A program made the position numbers and the translations under genes. The notes beneath the pieces were generated by a model that was not told the DNA's origin, did not search any database, and saw only the letters and a program-made list of their open reading frames with translations. Shown piece after piece: positions 1 to 12,360 of a DNA stretch of 64,000 bases. The stretch's first letter is position 1; each line of letters starts with the position of its first letter. Source of the DNA: the human T2T-CHM13v2.0 reference genome, Homo sapiens. The stretch is from assembly GCF_009914755.1 (NCBI RefSeq), contig NC_060931.1. One strand, 5' to 3'.

Positions 1-747
1 GAACACAGACCCCTTGAACAATGATGAACCAAGCTACGGGTGTCCGGCCTTGGATCCTGTGTTTTCTGGAACTTTGCTGCCAATGAGGTGAGTAACCAGA
101 GCCCTGTGGTGGGTTAAGGGGCCTGCTGTTGACCTAACACACCTGTCTCCTGGGGCCTGCTGCCACCTCTGCTCTTCTCACACTGCCTTGTCAGTGCCTC
201 TGGCTTTGTCCCCACTGTGCTTGTTGTGAGTAAATCTCAGATTTGGGGGAAATGCATACTTTCCAATTTCATTAGCAATACACTTTCAAATGCGCCTGTG
301 ACCAAGAAAAGGATAAACTGCAAACTGCAGTTTGTAAACGAACAAAATCCCTTCTTTCTGAAGCCCCTGTGATTTGCTCTGACACCTTCCTGTCAAATCT
401 AAACAGAGTCCACTGGGTAAAGACACCTGTGCAACCCTGCCTGCTGGGCTGGCATCCATACCCACACGCACACCTGGATGCTCTGACCTTGCTGCTGCCT
501 GTTCCTTCCTTGTGGGGCTGGACATCCTGAGAACAGGGCCTACATTTAAAGTTTGTGATGTTTTTGAAGCCAGCAGTGCTAACCAAAGATGCCAGGAAAT
601 GAGGAGGAGCAAAGAAAGTGACATAATTGAGGGAAGAAATATGCCTGCACTGCCCTACGTGGGAGGCACTCTCATAGCCACTCTCATAGCCACTCTCAGC
701 TACTGGAGCTTAAGTTACTTACAATTAAATAGAATTAAGAATTAGCT

Positions 748-987
<240 letters not shown>

Positions 988-3900
988 TCAGTAGCCAAGA
1001 TACAAACTATACAATGTTTCCATCATTGCAGAACACCCTCGGGGCCAGCGCTGGGCTGGGCAGCCTCGCCTTTTTCCGGGCAGTGCGGCCAGCATTGTTT
1101 CCTCAGAGCAGCTGCATCCAGACAAGGGAGGGGTTCCCAGTTCATCTACATTCTTGGGCCATACTCCTCCACCTGGGGTTTGCCGAGCACTGCACTGGTA
1201 CAACAGGGAGCACAACACAGAACCAAACTCACTGCTTCCCTCCCGAGGACGGAGGGGTGTGCTGCTTAAGGTGAGACGTGGATGCAGCCAAGCAAACTGG
1301 AAAACATCGAGTTTTGAAAACTGCTTTAAGTAAAAATATTCTGAATAAAATTAGGTAAATGGCTTCCAAATATGGCCCATTTTAAGAAATCACTATCTAA
1401 GCTCCTCATTTAGAAACAAAGACTCGATCAGGATTTTGACTCTCCTTATGACCTTGATGAAAGGAGGAAAAAACACAAGAAAAATCATTTCTTTGCATGA
1501 AATCAATGTGCAAGGACGGAACCCCCTGGCTGGAAGAGATCCTGGGAGGTCTTTCCCTTTGTCTTCATTGTTTTAAACAAAAGCCACCTCCTTAGAATTT
1601 GTTTTTAAGCCACATTCTGTATTTCAGATTTAATACTTAGTTTCTAAAACTGCTTCTTAGGTGATAGTTCACTTAGTCAACCCCTGCCTTACTCCACAGA
1701 CTTAAGGTGTTTAGTATGCACATAGTTCAGAATGAATACCTGAAAGTAGGTAGCACTGCCTGAAGACTTTCAGTAGTCAAAGTAGAAAAGCAAACACAGG
1801 TGTTTACACAGTTCACAGTGTAAAAAGGCACAGAGCTGCAGTTTACACAGCACAGGGTTCCTCCTCAGATGGAAACTTCAGCAATTGTTCTCACATGGGT
1901 TTTCATACTTGAAGATGTAATAGATGGCATTTAATGATACTAAGTTTCAGATTTGGGGAAATATTACATTTGCAACTCAGGCAAGTGTATACATAAAATA
2001 TACAAGGAAAAATAACACTAGAATGATGGTTATCATGAGCAACCAACTTCGTTTCTCAGGTTTCAATGCAAGCCCAGGTTCTGATCATTATCATCTCATC
2101 TTCTGCCTGCTTCAGTTTCTCACCTCCAAATGGAGCTTCCCGGGAAAGCACCTGGCCCGCCAGCATCACTTGACCTTCTTCTCTTTGGATGAGCAGTAGC
2201 ACATGCTGACATGTCCCTTCCTAGCAAGACTGCCAGTCACTGTCATTTCCATTCTGTTCCTTGAGGCAGCTTGTGGACCTCTACTCATTTACCTTTAGAT
2301 ATTCTACATCTTTTTTTAATTAACACCCTATCCCCACTCCCAGCCCACGCTCTGGGTCCCATCACACTCACGGAGACAAACACAGTGCTTGGGCAAATTT
2401 TTGTAATTAGTTGTGGTGAAAAGAAAGAAAAATTGATAAGATCTTGGTAGAATGTCAAACTTACCATCCTTTGAGCTGGTTCCCAGAGCAGGCTGCACCA
2501 AGGAGAGCAGGGGCAAGGCTGCGATCAGCCCCCTCCACCCCATTTGCAAGCAGGCTGCTCCAATGGGGCTGCTGATCAGCATTCAAATCAGGGGTGGCTT
2601 TGGGGAAGTGAGCACAGGTAGAAAGCCCATAAATGGAACCCGAAGCAACAGGGACTGGCCTTGCTCCGCCCCATGGGCTGGAGCAGTGAGCCTTCCCTGC
2701 CTCCATTAGCATCTTGGGACAAGCAGCCAATCATAAGCACCCCCTGAGAAAGAAATCTCATGCCCAGAAGAGCTCTGGGGCCTTAGCCTCCCTTCACCCC
2801 AATATGCTTCTGGGCCGTTTTCTCTGAGATAAGTATGTCCTAAGTGATGTTAATTTGCAGGGAAATATGTGTCAATCATCTGTGAGGCTCAATAGTAGCT
2901 CCACTAAAGAAAAACAACATAGTTATTGAAGTATCATGATTTTGTGAAAAATAGCTGAGTGCCCTGTAATTTGCAGTGGAAGGGCATCATGGTACACTTT
3001 TAAAGCCATTGTCAAGTTAGAAAAGACAAATTTGCTATACCTGGGACTAAAAGTAGGTACTCTGTCTTATATAAAATCCTCAATAATTTGAATTATAAAT
3101 GGCACCTCTCTCTTCTGTAGTTTTCCGTGCTTTCCATTGGCTTCAAAATAAAATTAAATATCATGGCTTGATATTTAAATACCTTGATAGGCTGCCCCCA
3201 AATGCCTTGGGTCCTTTGGCCACTTGGAGTGTAGGGGAACATAACCATACCCTAACTGTTCTCTCTGCAAAGTCACATGCAGCAATTCCACTGAAGGAAT
3301 GCGATGATCACAGTAGGAATCATCTTTCAGCACTACAGTTTGGTGATCACTTTGATTTTTCTGTCTCAAAAGTACATTACAAATAGGGAATTGCCATAAC
3401 CACCTCTGCATTTATCTTGTTCCAATGCAATTGTTAAGAAAAGCATAACACATGTATTACATGGGGTAATGTTTTAGGCCCTCAAGCACTTATTTTGAGT
3501 AGTATACAATTATCCGTATCATCTCAGCTTCCTCACCCTCACCTGCCCACCTTGTTTCCATCAAGGTGTCCTTTCGTCTGGAGTGGTTTCTCCACACTGA
3601 TTATTTGATACAGACAACTGGTATTTCATGAAGTATGAATAGAATCCTCTTAGGAAAGGACTGCTACTTATGTGAGCCCAGATCGTATGATGGTACATGC
3701 CAAGGCAGACCCAGGACAAGTCCCATGGTCCCTCTCAGCTTCCCCATGGAGCTGAGTTGGAGCACCACTGTTTCTCTTGGTTATTTCAGACCTGTCCAGT
3801 GTGAAGGGAGGCCCACCTGTCATTTGGGACAGGTTAAGCCACCAAACATCTAAGAATCACACTGGGCATTTCTTTCTAGATTTAAGACTGCATGCTCCAA

Positions 3901-4523
3901 AAACTGGTAAAGCCCCAGGTAGGAGCTGCTGTGGGAAGGCCAAATTTGAACTAGGTGAAGTGTTAATGAGGAAGTCCAGCATCCCATCAAGCACTTCCCT
4001 CACGAGGGCCCCTTATGTGCTCTGCCTCCTTGGCAGGGTTTATTTGCAAACAGTGAAAGAAGTGAACAGAGAAAAGACAAAAACACAAGGTAGATGCCCT
4101 CCACTCTGTTCTGGTTCTCACTTCTGTCTGGTCATGTTTTTCTTCCCCTGTAAGGGGAGGATCCTCCCCCAGAAGGCTTCACTAGAATTTTCTCTCAGCA
4201 AGGAAGATAACCAAAAAGATAATTTTAAATTGAAACTAGTATGGTAAAAAGTGGTTAGTGTATATATGTAGACTCCTTTAAATTTTTAAATAGCTTGAGG
4301 TTAGAAACACAGGGCTGTCTGGTCACAAGGTTTGAGCCCTAAGGTCACTGGATGATGTCATGGTGCGCTAAGACACGCCAACCAAACCTCTATGAGCCTC
4401 GGAAGAGCCATGGAAGTCACCCAGTCTGCACTGTGTGCTGCCGTGAACTGGCAGCCTCTGGTTAGCAGCGTAATTTCACTGAGAAAAAAGCCAGTTTTTG
4501 CTTGTTTTGTTTGGTAAGGCTTA

Positions 4524-4897
4524 TGTTATGGTTTAAGTGTGTCCCCTAAATTCATAAGTTAGAAGCTTGGTCCTCTGCAGTGGTGTTGGGAGGCAGAGCC
4601 TGATGAGAAGTGATGAAGTCACAAGGACTCTGCTCTCATGATGGCTTAATGCTGTTACCAGGAGAATGAGTTGTTATCAAAGATGGTCTGCCCCTCTTGC
4701 CTCCTTTCTGTCTCCTGCACCCACTTCTGCCTTGTGCCCTTCTGCCAGGGGACAATACAGCAAGGAGGCCTTCACCAGATGCATCCCCTTACCTTACTTT
4801 GGACACCCCAGCCCCTAAAACTGTAATTACTCTCTTTTCTTTATAAATGACTCAGTCTGTGGGAATCAGCTATAGCCACACAACACAGACTAAGACC
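4524..4897 (+). mobile_element. MaLR solo LTR (MST family)
   Basis: TGTTATGGTTTAAGTGTGTCCCC start, TTTCTTTATAAAT..CAGACTAAGAC end; 5-bp GCTTA flanks. Confidence 0.75.
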
Positions 4898-6225
4898 GCT
4901 TATAAATGCTCACATTTTACGCTTCCCAATTTAGAAACCTGCCAATGAGTAATGCTATTTTCTCTTATTCCAACCACCACAGGTGGTCAGCATGTTTAGT
5001 CACTGTTAGAGAAACTGTCTCAAGAGGCTGAATGACTTGCCCCAGACTAGGACGCTGGAAAGAGCCAAAATCCATTCCCAGATCTTAGGGTGTGGAATTC
5101 AGCATCTTTCCAAGCTACATATGCTGGTTATGGTTGTAAGATTGGTTCATTTGGTGCTACAGGCGAATAGGAACTAGATTCCAGGAAGGCGGCTACATTT
5201 TCTCGTGCTACCCACAGGGTCATCTTCCTTACTGTCCAGTGATTTGTGAAGTCCTGTGCGTGGCTGGTCTCTCCCAGGATCTTTTAGCCTACAACTTAAT
5301 AACTGGTCACTCTGCCCTCACTGCAAAGACTGTTACAGACACTGATTGATCCTCATCCATGTTGGGCCCATGGTAAAAAGAGATGATTCTGCAATGTGGT
5401 GCCACCTTAGTGATCGAGACTCCAGTATTCTAAACCTGGCATAACATCAAAATGACAAATAAAAAGTTTAATTTTCTATTTATGAAAATAAGGATGTGCT
5501 GTGAAAAGAGTCTGAAGTCCAATGTTCGGGAAACTGTAATTGCCGAGTGAATGTGTAAGGCACTCAAGTAACAAATATTTATTATTTAGTCCCTTAAAAA
5601 TAATTTACTTTATTACAAAGATAGTAATACAATTTCTAGAAAATACATGCATGTACAAAGATTGAAATAAAAAAAACACTCATAAATATCCAGATTTAAA
5701 TGTCAGCATATACCTTCCTGATCTTTTTCTATCATACTGTATCTATCAACATCTAACCTGCTTTTTTAACTATAAGTCATACATTTTGCCATATCAGTAC
5801 ACTTTTTTCTGTAACATTATTTTTAGAGCATATCAAACCATAGTTTATTTAACCAATCCCCAATTAATTCATAATTAGAATATTTCGTGTTTTTCCAGTA
5901 TAACAGTTCTATAATCTTTGATTATAACCTTTGTGTAAATTCCTATAAGTATTGAGTCAAAGGAGACACACATCTTTTCAGGCATTACATATAAAATAAA
6001 TACTAAACTAGACTCCAGGAAAGTGGTATCAATTCACATTCCCAATAGCACTGTCCCAATGGGGCTAATTTATCTCCTTTTTAATCTCAGCGTATTTCCA
6101 GTTATAACATACCATTTTTACCTCTTGATTCAACAATTGTACTTAGAAGAAGCTCTAAAAATCCAAAACTGAAGCTTCCTTTTAGACCCTCCCTATTACA
6201 ATCCGTATGAAAGTACAGAATTCGA

Positions 6226-7016
6226 GAGTGACATCAGCCAAACGGAGGAGTGAAACTTACTGGCTTCTCTCCCTACCACATAATTTCAACTAGCAAATAC
6301 CCAGTGGCAAGATTATTGCCCTGAATATCCCAGAAATTGGGAGTGAAGCTGTGACAACTCACTGGACCACAGAGCCAAGAAAAACCATGATCAGAGGTAA
6401 AGAGAATGGTTCTGTTTGATCATAACACCTCTCCCGCAAGCCCACATAGCACCGCACTTGGAGAATTTCTCTGGAATCAGTTTCTACAGTGGGAAAAGAG
6501 AGTGGGAGGTGGGCATTCACCTTCCGCACCATTCTGAGACTCTTCACAGGGGCACACTATGGTCCTTTCCCCCTGGAAGCACTGCAGGTGCCAGCAGGGT
6601 TAGCCTGCTAGGTGTAAATTAGAAACAAAGAATGGGGGTGGGGCTCACAGCAGTCAACAAACAAATCACAGAGTGGACTGCAGGGAACCTGGGCTTAGGG
6701 CACCATTTGGCACTACACGGGCTGTAGCGTTCACGGGCTTAAAGACCAAAAAAGACAGTATGCTTACAATTTCTGGACAGACCTACTATACAAGGACAAT
6801 CACAGACAAAGCCAGATTGCAAAGACTGTTTATAAATACCTACATATTCAATGCACATATATCAATGTATAACTACAAAGATGAAGAACAGTCAGGGAAA
6901 CATGATGTCACCAAACAGACAAAGTGCCAGTGACTGACTCTAAAGAGGCAGAGATATATGACATTCCTGAGATAATTCAAAATAGCTGTCTAAAGGTATA
7001 AAACTCCCTGGTAAAA
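6226..7016 (+). mobile_element. Old L1 (L1M/L1MA-type) 5' UTR and ORF1 start, internally deleted
   Basis: GAGAGTGACATCAGC-type L1M 5' start; CAGGGAAACATGATGTCACCAAA...TTCAAAATAGCTGT ORF1 start; AAGGTATAAAACTC.CTGGTAAAA inter-ORF-like motif. Confidence 0.65.
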
Positions 7017-7551
7017 ATAACTCAGGAACTGATAACCAAATGATGATGATGATGATGATCAACCCAGAGGACTGGTTGAATTCGTTGCTCAAACCAGAGA
7101 AAAACACTGTCCTACTAAATGATACTATTTTAAATAAATTGATTGGTCATTACTGTCAAGCAATTGAAGTAATTTGTCCAGATACATATAAAGATGAAGG
7201 TTTTGCTCAAATTCAAGTGAGATTCAACAGCTGAATTAAAGCTATTCAAGAGCCAGATGATGTATAAGTGGCTATAGCAAACTGCAAGACATTTGCTTTT
7301 GTGCATATATCTTCTGCACAGTTTGAAATGTCTCAAGGTAATTTCAAAAAAAGTAAACACCTTCTTCATAAAGCTGTAAAATGTGGAGCAGTACCACTAG
7401 AAATGCTGCAAATTGCCACGCAGAATTGAAACCTCCAACAAAGTAGCTGCTTTCAGCGAAGGAAAAGAGTTCATCAACATTGACAATATTAACTACCCAA
7501 GAATCATTCTCTAGTTCATTGAACATTTACAGAATAGGAACATGCTGTAAT
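7017..7551 (+). pseudogene. Processed pseudogene fragment of TTK/MPS1 kinase (N-terminal TPR region), frameshifted
   Basis: Translates as ...[40 protein letters not shown]...FAQIQVRF and, after a frameshift, [47 protein letters not shown]. This matches recalled TTK NNPEDWLSLLLKLEKNS...NKLIGRYSQAIE...[26 protein letters not shown]. No introns; stops and indels present. Confidence 0.9.
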
Positions 7552-7741
7552 TAGGCAATTAGGCAAGAGAAAGAAAAGGCATCTAAATTGGAAAGGAGGA
7601 AGTTAACTGTCTCTGTTTACAGATGACACGATCATAAGTAGAGAAAATCCTAAAGACTCCACCAAAAAAACTGTTCGAACTAAAAAACATTCAGTAAAGT
7701 TTCAGGATACAAAATCTACAAACAAAAACTAGTATTATTTC

Positions 7742-8005
7742 TTTTTTTTGAGACAAGATCTCACTCTGTTGCCCACGCTGAAGTGCAGTGTTGCAATCAC
7801 AGCTCACTGCAGCCTCAACTCCCTGGGCTCAACCAATCCTCCCACCTCAGCCTCCCAAGTAGTTGGGACCACCACACCTGGCTAACTTTTGTATTTTTTG
7901 TAGAGAAAGGGTTTTGCCATGTTGCTCAGGCTGGTGGCAAACTCGCGAGCTCAAGCAACTCACCTGCCTTGGCCTCCCAAAGTGCTGGGATTACAGCCAT
8001 AAACC
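7742..8005 (-). mobile_element. AluJ-like element
   Basis: Antisense Alu; TSD-like AGTAT(T/C)ATTTC. Confidence 0.85.
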
Positions 8006-8078
8006 AGTATCATTTCTATACATTAATGGTGAACTATATGAAAAAGAAATCAAGAAAATCCCATTTACAATACAATTA

Positions 8079-8080
<2 letters not shown>

Positions 8081-8119
<39 letters not shown>
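8081..8119. repeat. (TA)n microsatellite
   Basis: Perfect AT dinucleotide run. Confidence 0.95.
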
Positions 8120-8121
<2 letters not shown>

Positions 8122-9021
8122 AGAAATAAACTTAACCATGGTGAAAAATCTCTAGGATGAAAACTATAAAACACTGATGAAAGAAACTGAAGACACAAAT
8201 AAATGGAAAGTTATCCTGTGTTCATGGATTGAAAGAATTATTTCTTAAATGTTCATACCGTCCAAAGCAATCTGCAGATTCAGTGCAATTCCTATCAAAA
8301 TACCAATGACATTCTTCACAGATAGAAAAAAAAATCCTAAAATTCGTATGTAACCACAAAAGACCTTGAATAGCCAAAGCAATCTTGAGCAAAAAGAACA
8401 AAGCTGGAGGCATCATAATACCTGACTTCAAAATATGCCATAAAACTAAAGTTATAAAAACAGCATGGTACTGGTATAAAAACAGATAGATCAATGGAAC
8501 AGAGAACCCAGGAATAAATCCACACATTTACAGCCAACTGATATTCAACAAAGGCACCAAGAACACACATTTATTGAAAAGAAAGTACAGTCTTTCAATA
8601 AACGATGCTGGGAAAACTGAAAATCCACATGCAGAAGAATGAATTAAACCCTTATCTCCCACCATATACACAAATCAACTCAAGATGAATTAAAGACATA
8701 GATTTAAGACCTGAAACTATGAAACTGCTAGAGGAAACACAGGAGAAATGCTTCATTACATTTATATGGGCAAGAAGTTTATGAACAAGACTTCAAAAGC
8801 ACAGGCAACAAAAGCAAACAATGGGCAAATCAAACTACATCAAACTAAAAAGCTTCTGCACAGCAAAGGAAACAACCGATAGTGAAGCGACAACCTATAG
8901 AATGGGAGAAAATATTATATTTGCAAAGTATACATCCAACAAAGGTTTAATATCTAAAATATAAAAGGAACTCAACTTAATAGTAAGAAAACAAATAACC
9001 CTGTTTAAAAATGGTCAAAAG

Positions 9022-10677
9022 CCCTCTCCCTCTCCCTCTCCCTCTCCCCACGGTCTCCCTCTCCCCACGGTCTCCCTCTCCCTCTCTTTCCACGGTCTCC
9101 CACTGATGCCGAGCCAAAGCTGGACTGTACTGCTGCCATCTCGGCTCACTGCAGCCTCCCTGCCTGATTCTCCTGCCTCAGCCTGCCGAGTGCCTGCGAT
9201 TGCAGGCGCGCGCCACCATGCCTGACTGGTTTTCGTATTTTTTTGGTGGAGACGGGGTTTCGCTGTGTTGGCCGGGCTGGTCTCCAGCTCCTAACTGCGA
9301 GTGATCCGCCAGCCTCGGCCTCCCGAGGTGCCGGGATTGCAGATGGAGTCTGGTTCACTCAGTGCTCAATGGTGCCCAGGCTGGAGTGCAGTGGCGTGAT
9401 CTCGGCTCGCTACAACCTCCACCTCCCAGCCGCCTGCCTTGGCCTCCCAAAGTGCCAAGATTGCAGCCTCTGCCCGGCCGCCACCCCGTCTGGGAAGTGA
9501 GGAGCGTCTCTGCCTGGCCGCCCATCGTCTGGGATGTGAGGAGCCCCTCTGCCTGGCTACCCAGTCTGGAAAGTGAGGAGCGTCTCTGCCCGGCCGCCAT
9601 CCCATCTAGGAAGTGAGGAGCGCCTCTTCCCGGCCACCATCCCATCTAGGAAGTGAGGAGCGTCTCTGCCCGGCCACCCATCGTCTGAGATGTGGGGAGC
9701 GCCTCTGCCGCGCCGCCCCGTCTGGGATGTGAGGAGCGCCTCTACCCGGCCGCGACCCCGTCTGGGAGGTGAGGAGCGTCTCTGCCCAGCCGCCCCGTCT
9801 GAGAAGTGAGGAGACCCTCCGCCTGGCAACTGCCCCATATGAGAAGTGAGGAGCCCCTCCGCCCGGCAGCCACCCCGTCTGGGAAGTGAGGAGCGTCTCT
9901 GCCCGGCAGCCACCCCATCCGGGAGGGAGGTGGGGGTCAGCCCCCGCCAGGCCAGCCGCCCCGTCCGGGAGGGAGGTGGGGGGGTCAGCCCCCCGCCCGG
10001 CCAGCCGCCCCGTCCGGGAGGGAGGTGGGGGGTTCAGCCCCCCGCCCGGCCAGCCGCCCCGTCCGGGAGGTGAGGGGCGCCTCTGCCCGGCCGCCCCTAC
10101 TGGGAAGTGAGGAGCCCCTCTGCCCAGCCACCACCCCGTCTGGGAGGTGTACCCAACAGCTCATTGAGAACGGGCCATGATGACAATGGCGGTTTTGTGG
10201 AATAGAAAGGGGGGAAAGGCGGGGAAAGGATTGAGAAATCGGATGGTTGCCATGTCTGTGTAGAAAGAGGTGGACACGGGAGACTTTTCATTTTGTTCTG
10301 TACTAAGAAAAATTATTCTGCCTTGTGATCCTGTTGATCGGTGACCCTATCCCCAACCCTGTGTTCTCTGAAACATGTGCTGTGTCCACTCAGGGTTAAA
10401 TGGATTAAGGGTGGTGCAAGATGTGCTTTGTTAAACAGATGCTTGAAGGCAGCATGCTCGTTAAGAGTCATCACCACTCCCTAATCTCAAGTACCCAGGG
10501 ACACAAACACTGCGGAAGGCCGCAGGGTCCTCTGCATAGGAAAACCAGAGACCTTTGTTCACTTGTTTATCTGCTGACCCTCCCTCCACTATTGTCCTAT
10601 GACCCTGCCAAATCCCCCTCTGTGAGAAACACCCAAGAATGATCAATAAAAAAAAATTAAAAAAAAAAAAAAAAAAA
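9022..10677 (+). mobile_element. SVA retrotransposon, near full length (subfamily not resolved)
   Basis: (CCCTCT)n head, antisense Alu-like region, GC-rich VNTR (~9470-10145), SINE-R (HERV-K LTR-derived), AATAAA at 10645 and poly(A). Confidence 0.97.
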
Positions 10678-10991
10678 CTGTAAAAAAAAAAAAAAAAAAA
10701 AGCTCCATATTTACAGCTGTAATATCAAATAAAGTGATTATTTTTTACAACCCCCTTAACACCTTTTGGAGATGGCGTTTCTGTTTTCAGAAATTAACGT
10801 AAAATCAAGAAGCAAGATTCCATAAGCTCAGAACTCTGGACAGCTGATCAGGTTTACCTATGGTGCTTTGCCTTTAACTAGAGTGTGTGACGGTAGATTA
10901 TTTCAGATATGTATGTAAGACTGTTTCCTGAACAATAAGATGTATGAAAGGAGCAGAAATAAATAATTTTTCTAATTAAAAAAAAAAAAAA
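10678..10991 (+). other. SVA 3'-transduced unique sequence with its own AATAAA and poly(A)
   Basis: Lies between the SVA poly(A) and the right TSD ATGGTCAAAAG (10993-11003; left copy 9011-9021). Confidence 0.88.
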
Positions 10992-10992
10992 C

Positions 10993-11773
10993 ATGGTCAA
11001 AAGACCTGAATAGACTTCTCAAAAGAAGACAAGCAAATGGCCAACGGGTATATGAAAAAATTTTCAACATCACTAATCATTAAGAAAATGAAAATCAAAA
11101 TCACAATGAAATATCACCTCAGTCACCTCATACCAGTTAAAATGGCCATTACCAAAAAGACAAAAGATTAGCTTTGTTTGGGCCTTTCTTGGAAAAAAAA
11201 AAAAAAAAGACAGAAGGTAAGTGTTGGCAAGGATGCGGAGAAAAAAAAAGCTTTTGTATGCTATTGGAGGAAATGTAAATTAGTATCCCCATTAAGGCAA
11301 ACAGTATGGAGGTTCTTCAAAATATTAAAAATAGAACTAGCATATGATCCAGCAATCCCACTACTGGGTATTTACCCAAAGGAAATGAAATCAGTACATC
11401 AAAAAGGCATCTTGCACTCCCACGTTCACTGTAGCATTATTCATTATAGCCAAGTTATGGAAGCAACCTAAGTGACCATCAAGAGATGAATGGATAAGCA
11501 AAATGGACATATACACAATGGAGTACTATTCAGCAATAAAAAAGAACAAAATCTTGTCATTTGCAACCACATGGATGAACCCCTGGAGAATATTATGTTA
11601 AGTGAAATAAGCCGGGTACAGACAGTACACGATCTCACTTATATTTAGAATCTATAAAAGCAAATCTCATAGGAGATAGTAGAATGGTGGTTACCAGATG
11701 CTTAAGTGTTTGGGGGCAGCGGGGAAGGCAGATCCTGGTCAATGATATATAGTTACAGTTAGATAAAAAGAAC
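10993..11773 (+). mobile_element. L1 (L1MA-like) 3' part, resuming after the SVA
   Basis: GACCTGAATAGAC..., ATATGATCCAGCAATCCCACTACTGGGTAT, TATGTTAAGTGAAATAAGCC, L1MA-type 3' UTR. Confidence 0.88.
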
Positions 11774-11774
11774 T

Positions 11775-12072
11775 GCTGGGTGTGGTGGCTCATGCCTGTG
11801 CTCCTAGCACTTTGGGAGGCCGAGGCAGGCAGATTTCTTGAGCCCAGGAGTTTGAGACCAGCCTGGGCAATGTGGCAAAACCTCATCTCTACAAAAAATA
11901 CAAAAATTAGTTGGGCGCAGTGGCACACACCTGTGGTTCCAGCTACTTGAGAGGGTGAGGCAGGAGGATTGGTTGAGCCCAGGAGTTTGAGACTGCAGTG
12001 AGCCATAATTGTACTACTACACTCCAGCCTGGGGCACAGAGCCAGACCCTGTCTCCCCCAAGAAAAAAAAAA
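11775..12072 (+). mobile_element. AluJ-like element (copy 1 of a local duplication)
   Basis: Dimeric Alu with AluJ diagnostic GAGCCCAGGAGTTTGAG. Confidence 0.88.
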
Positions 12073-12084
12073 GAGCTAAAAACC

Positions 12085-12360
12085 AGAATAGGCAAATATA
12101 TAGAGACAGATATTAGACAAGTAATTGCCTGGGGCCAGGAGGTATATGGTGGGGGAGAGCAGAATAAGGGAGAAGAGAAAAATGAAAAATGATTACTTAT
12201 GGTTAAGAAGTTTCTTTACTGGGTGATGAAAATGTTCTAAAATTGATAGTGGTGATGGTTGTACAACTCTGAGAACATACTAAAAACCACTAGACAGTCT
12301 ATTTTAAATGGTTGAATTGTGTGATATGTGAATTATATCTCAATACAGCTGTTTTAAAAA
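12085..12360 (+). mobile_element. L1MB-like 3' end
   Basis: GATGAAAATGTTCTAAAATTGATAGTGGTGATGGTTGTACAACTCTG...GAATTATATCTCAATA. Confidence 0.8.

Larger units (their letters stand above)
7552..9021 (+). mobile_element. L1 (L1MA-like) ORF2 segment, interrupted by an Alu and (TA)n
   Basis: AATTAGGCAAGAGAAAG...CAGATGAC.CGATC (RT region), AAAGCTGGAGGCATCA, GCTTCTGCACAGCAAAGGAAAC. Confidence 0.9.

Noticed and set aside
668-700. Short tandem CACTCTCATAGC x2.7
   Set aside because: Ordinary small slippage duplication with no further structure
9470-10145. Regularly spaced repeats resembling a CRISPR array
   Set aside because: SVA VNTR: tandem units without unique spacers, no cas genes, human DNA
9146-10646. 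Cluster of overlapping Pro/Arg/Gly-rich ORFs
   Set aside because: All lie within SVA Alu-like, VNTR or SINE-R sequence
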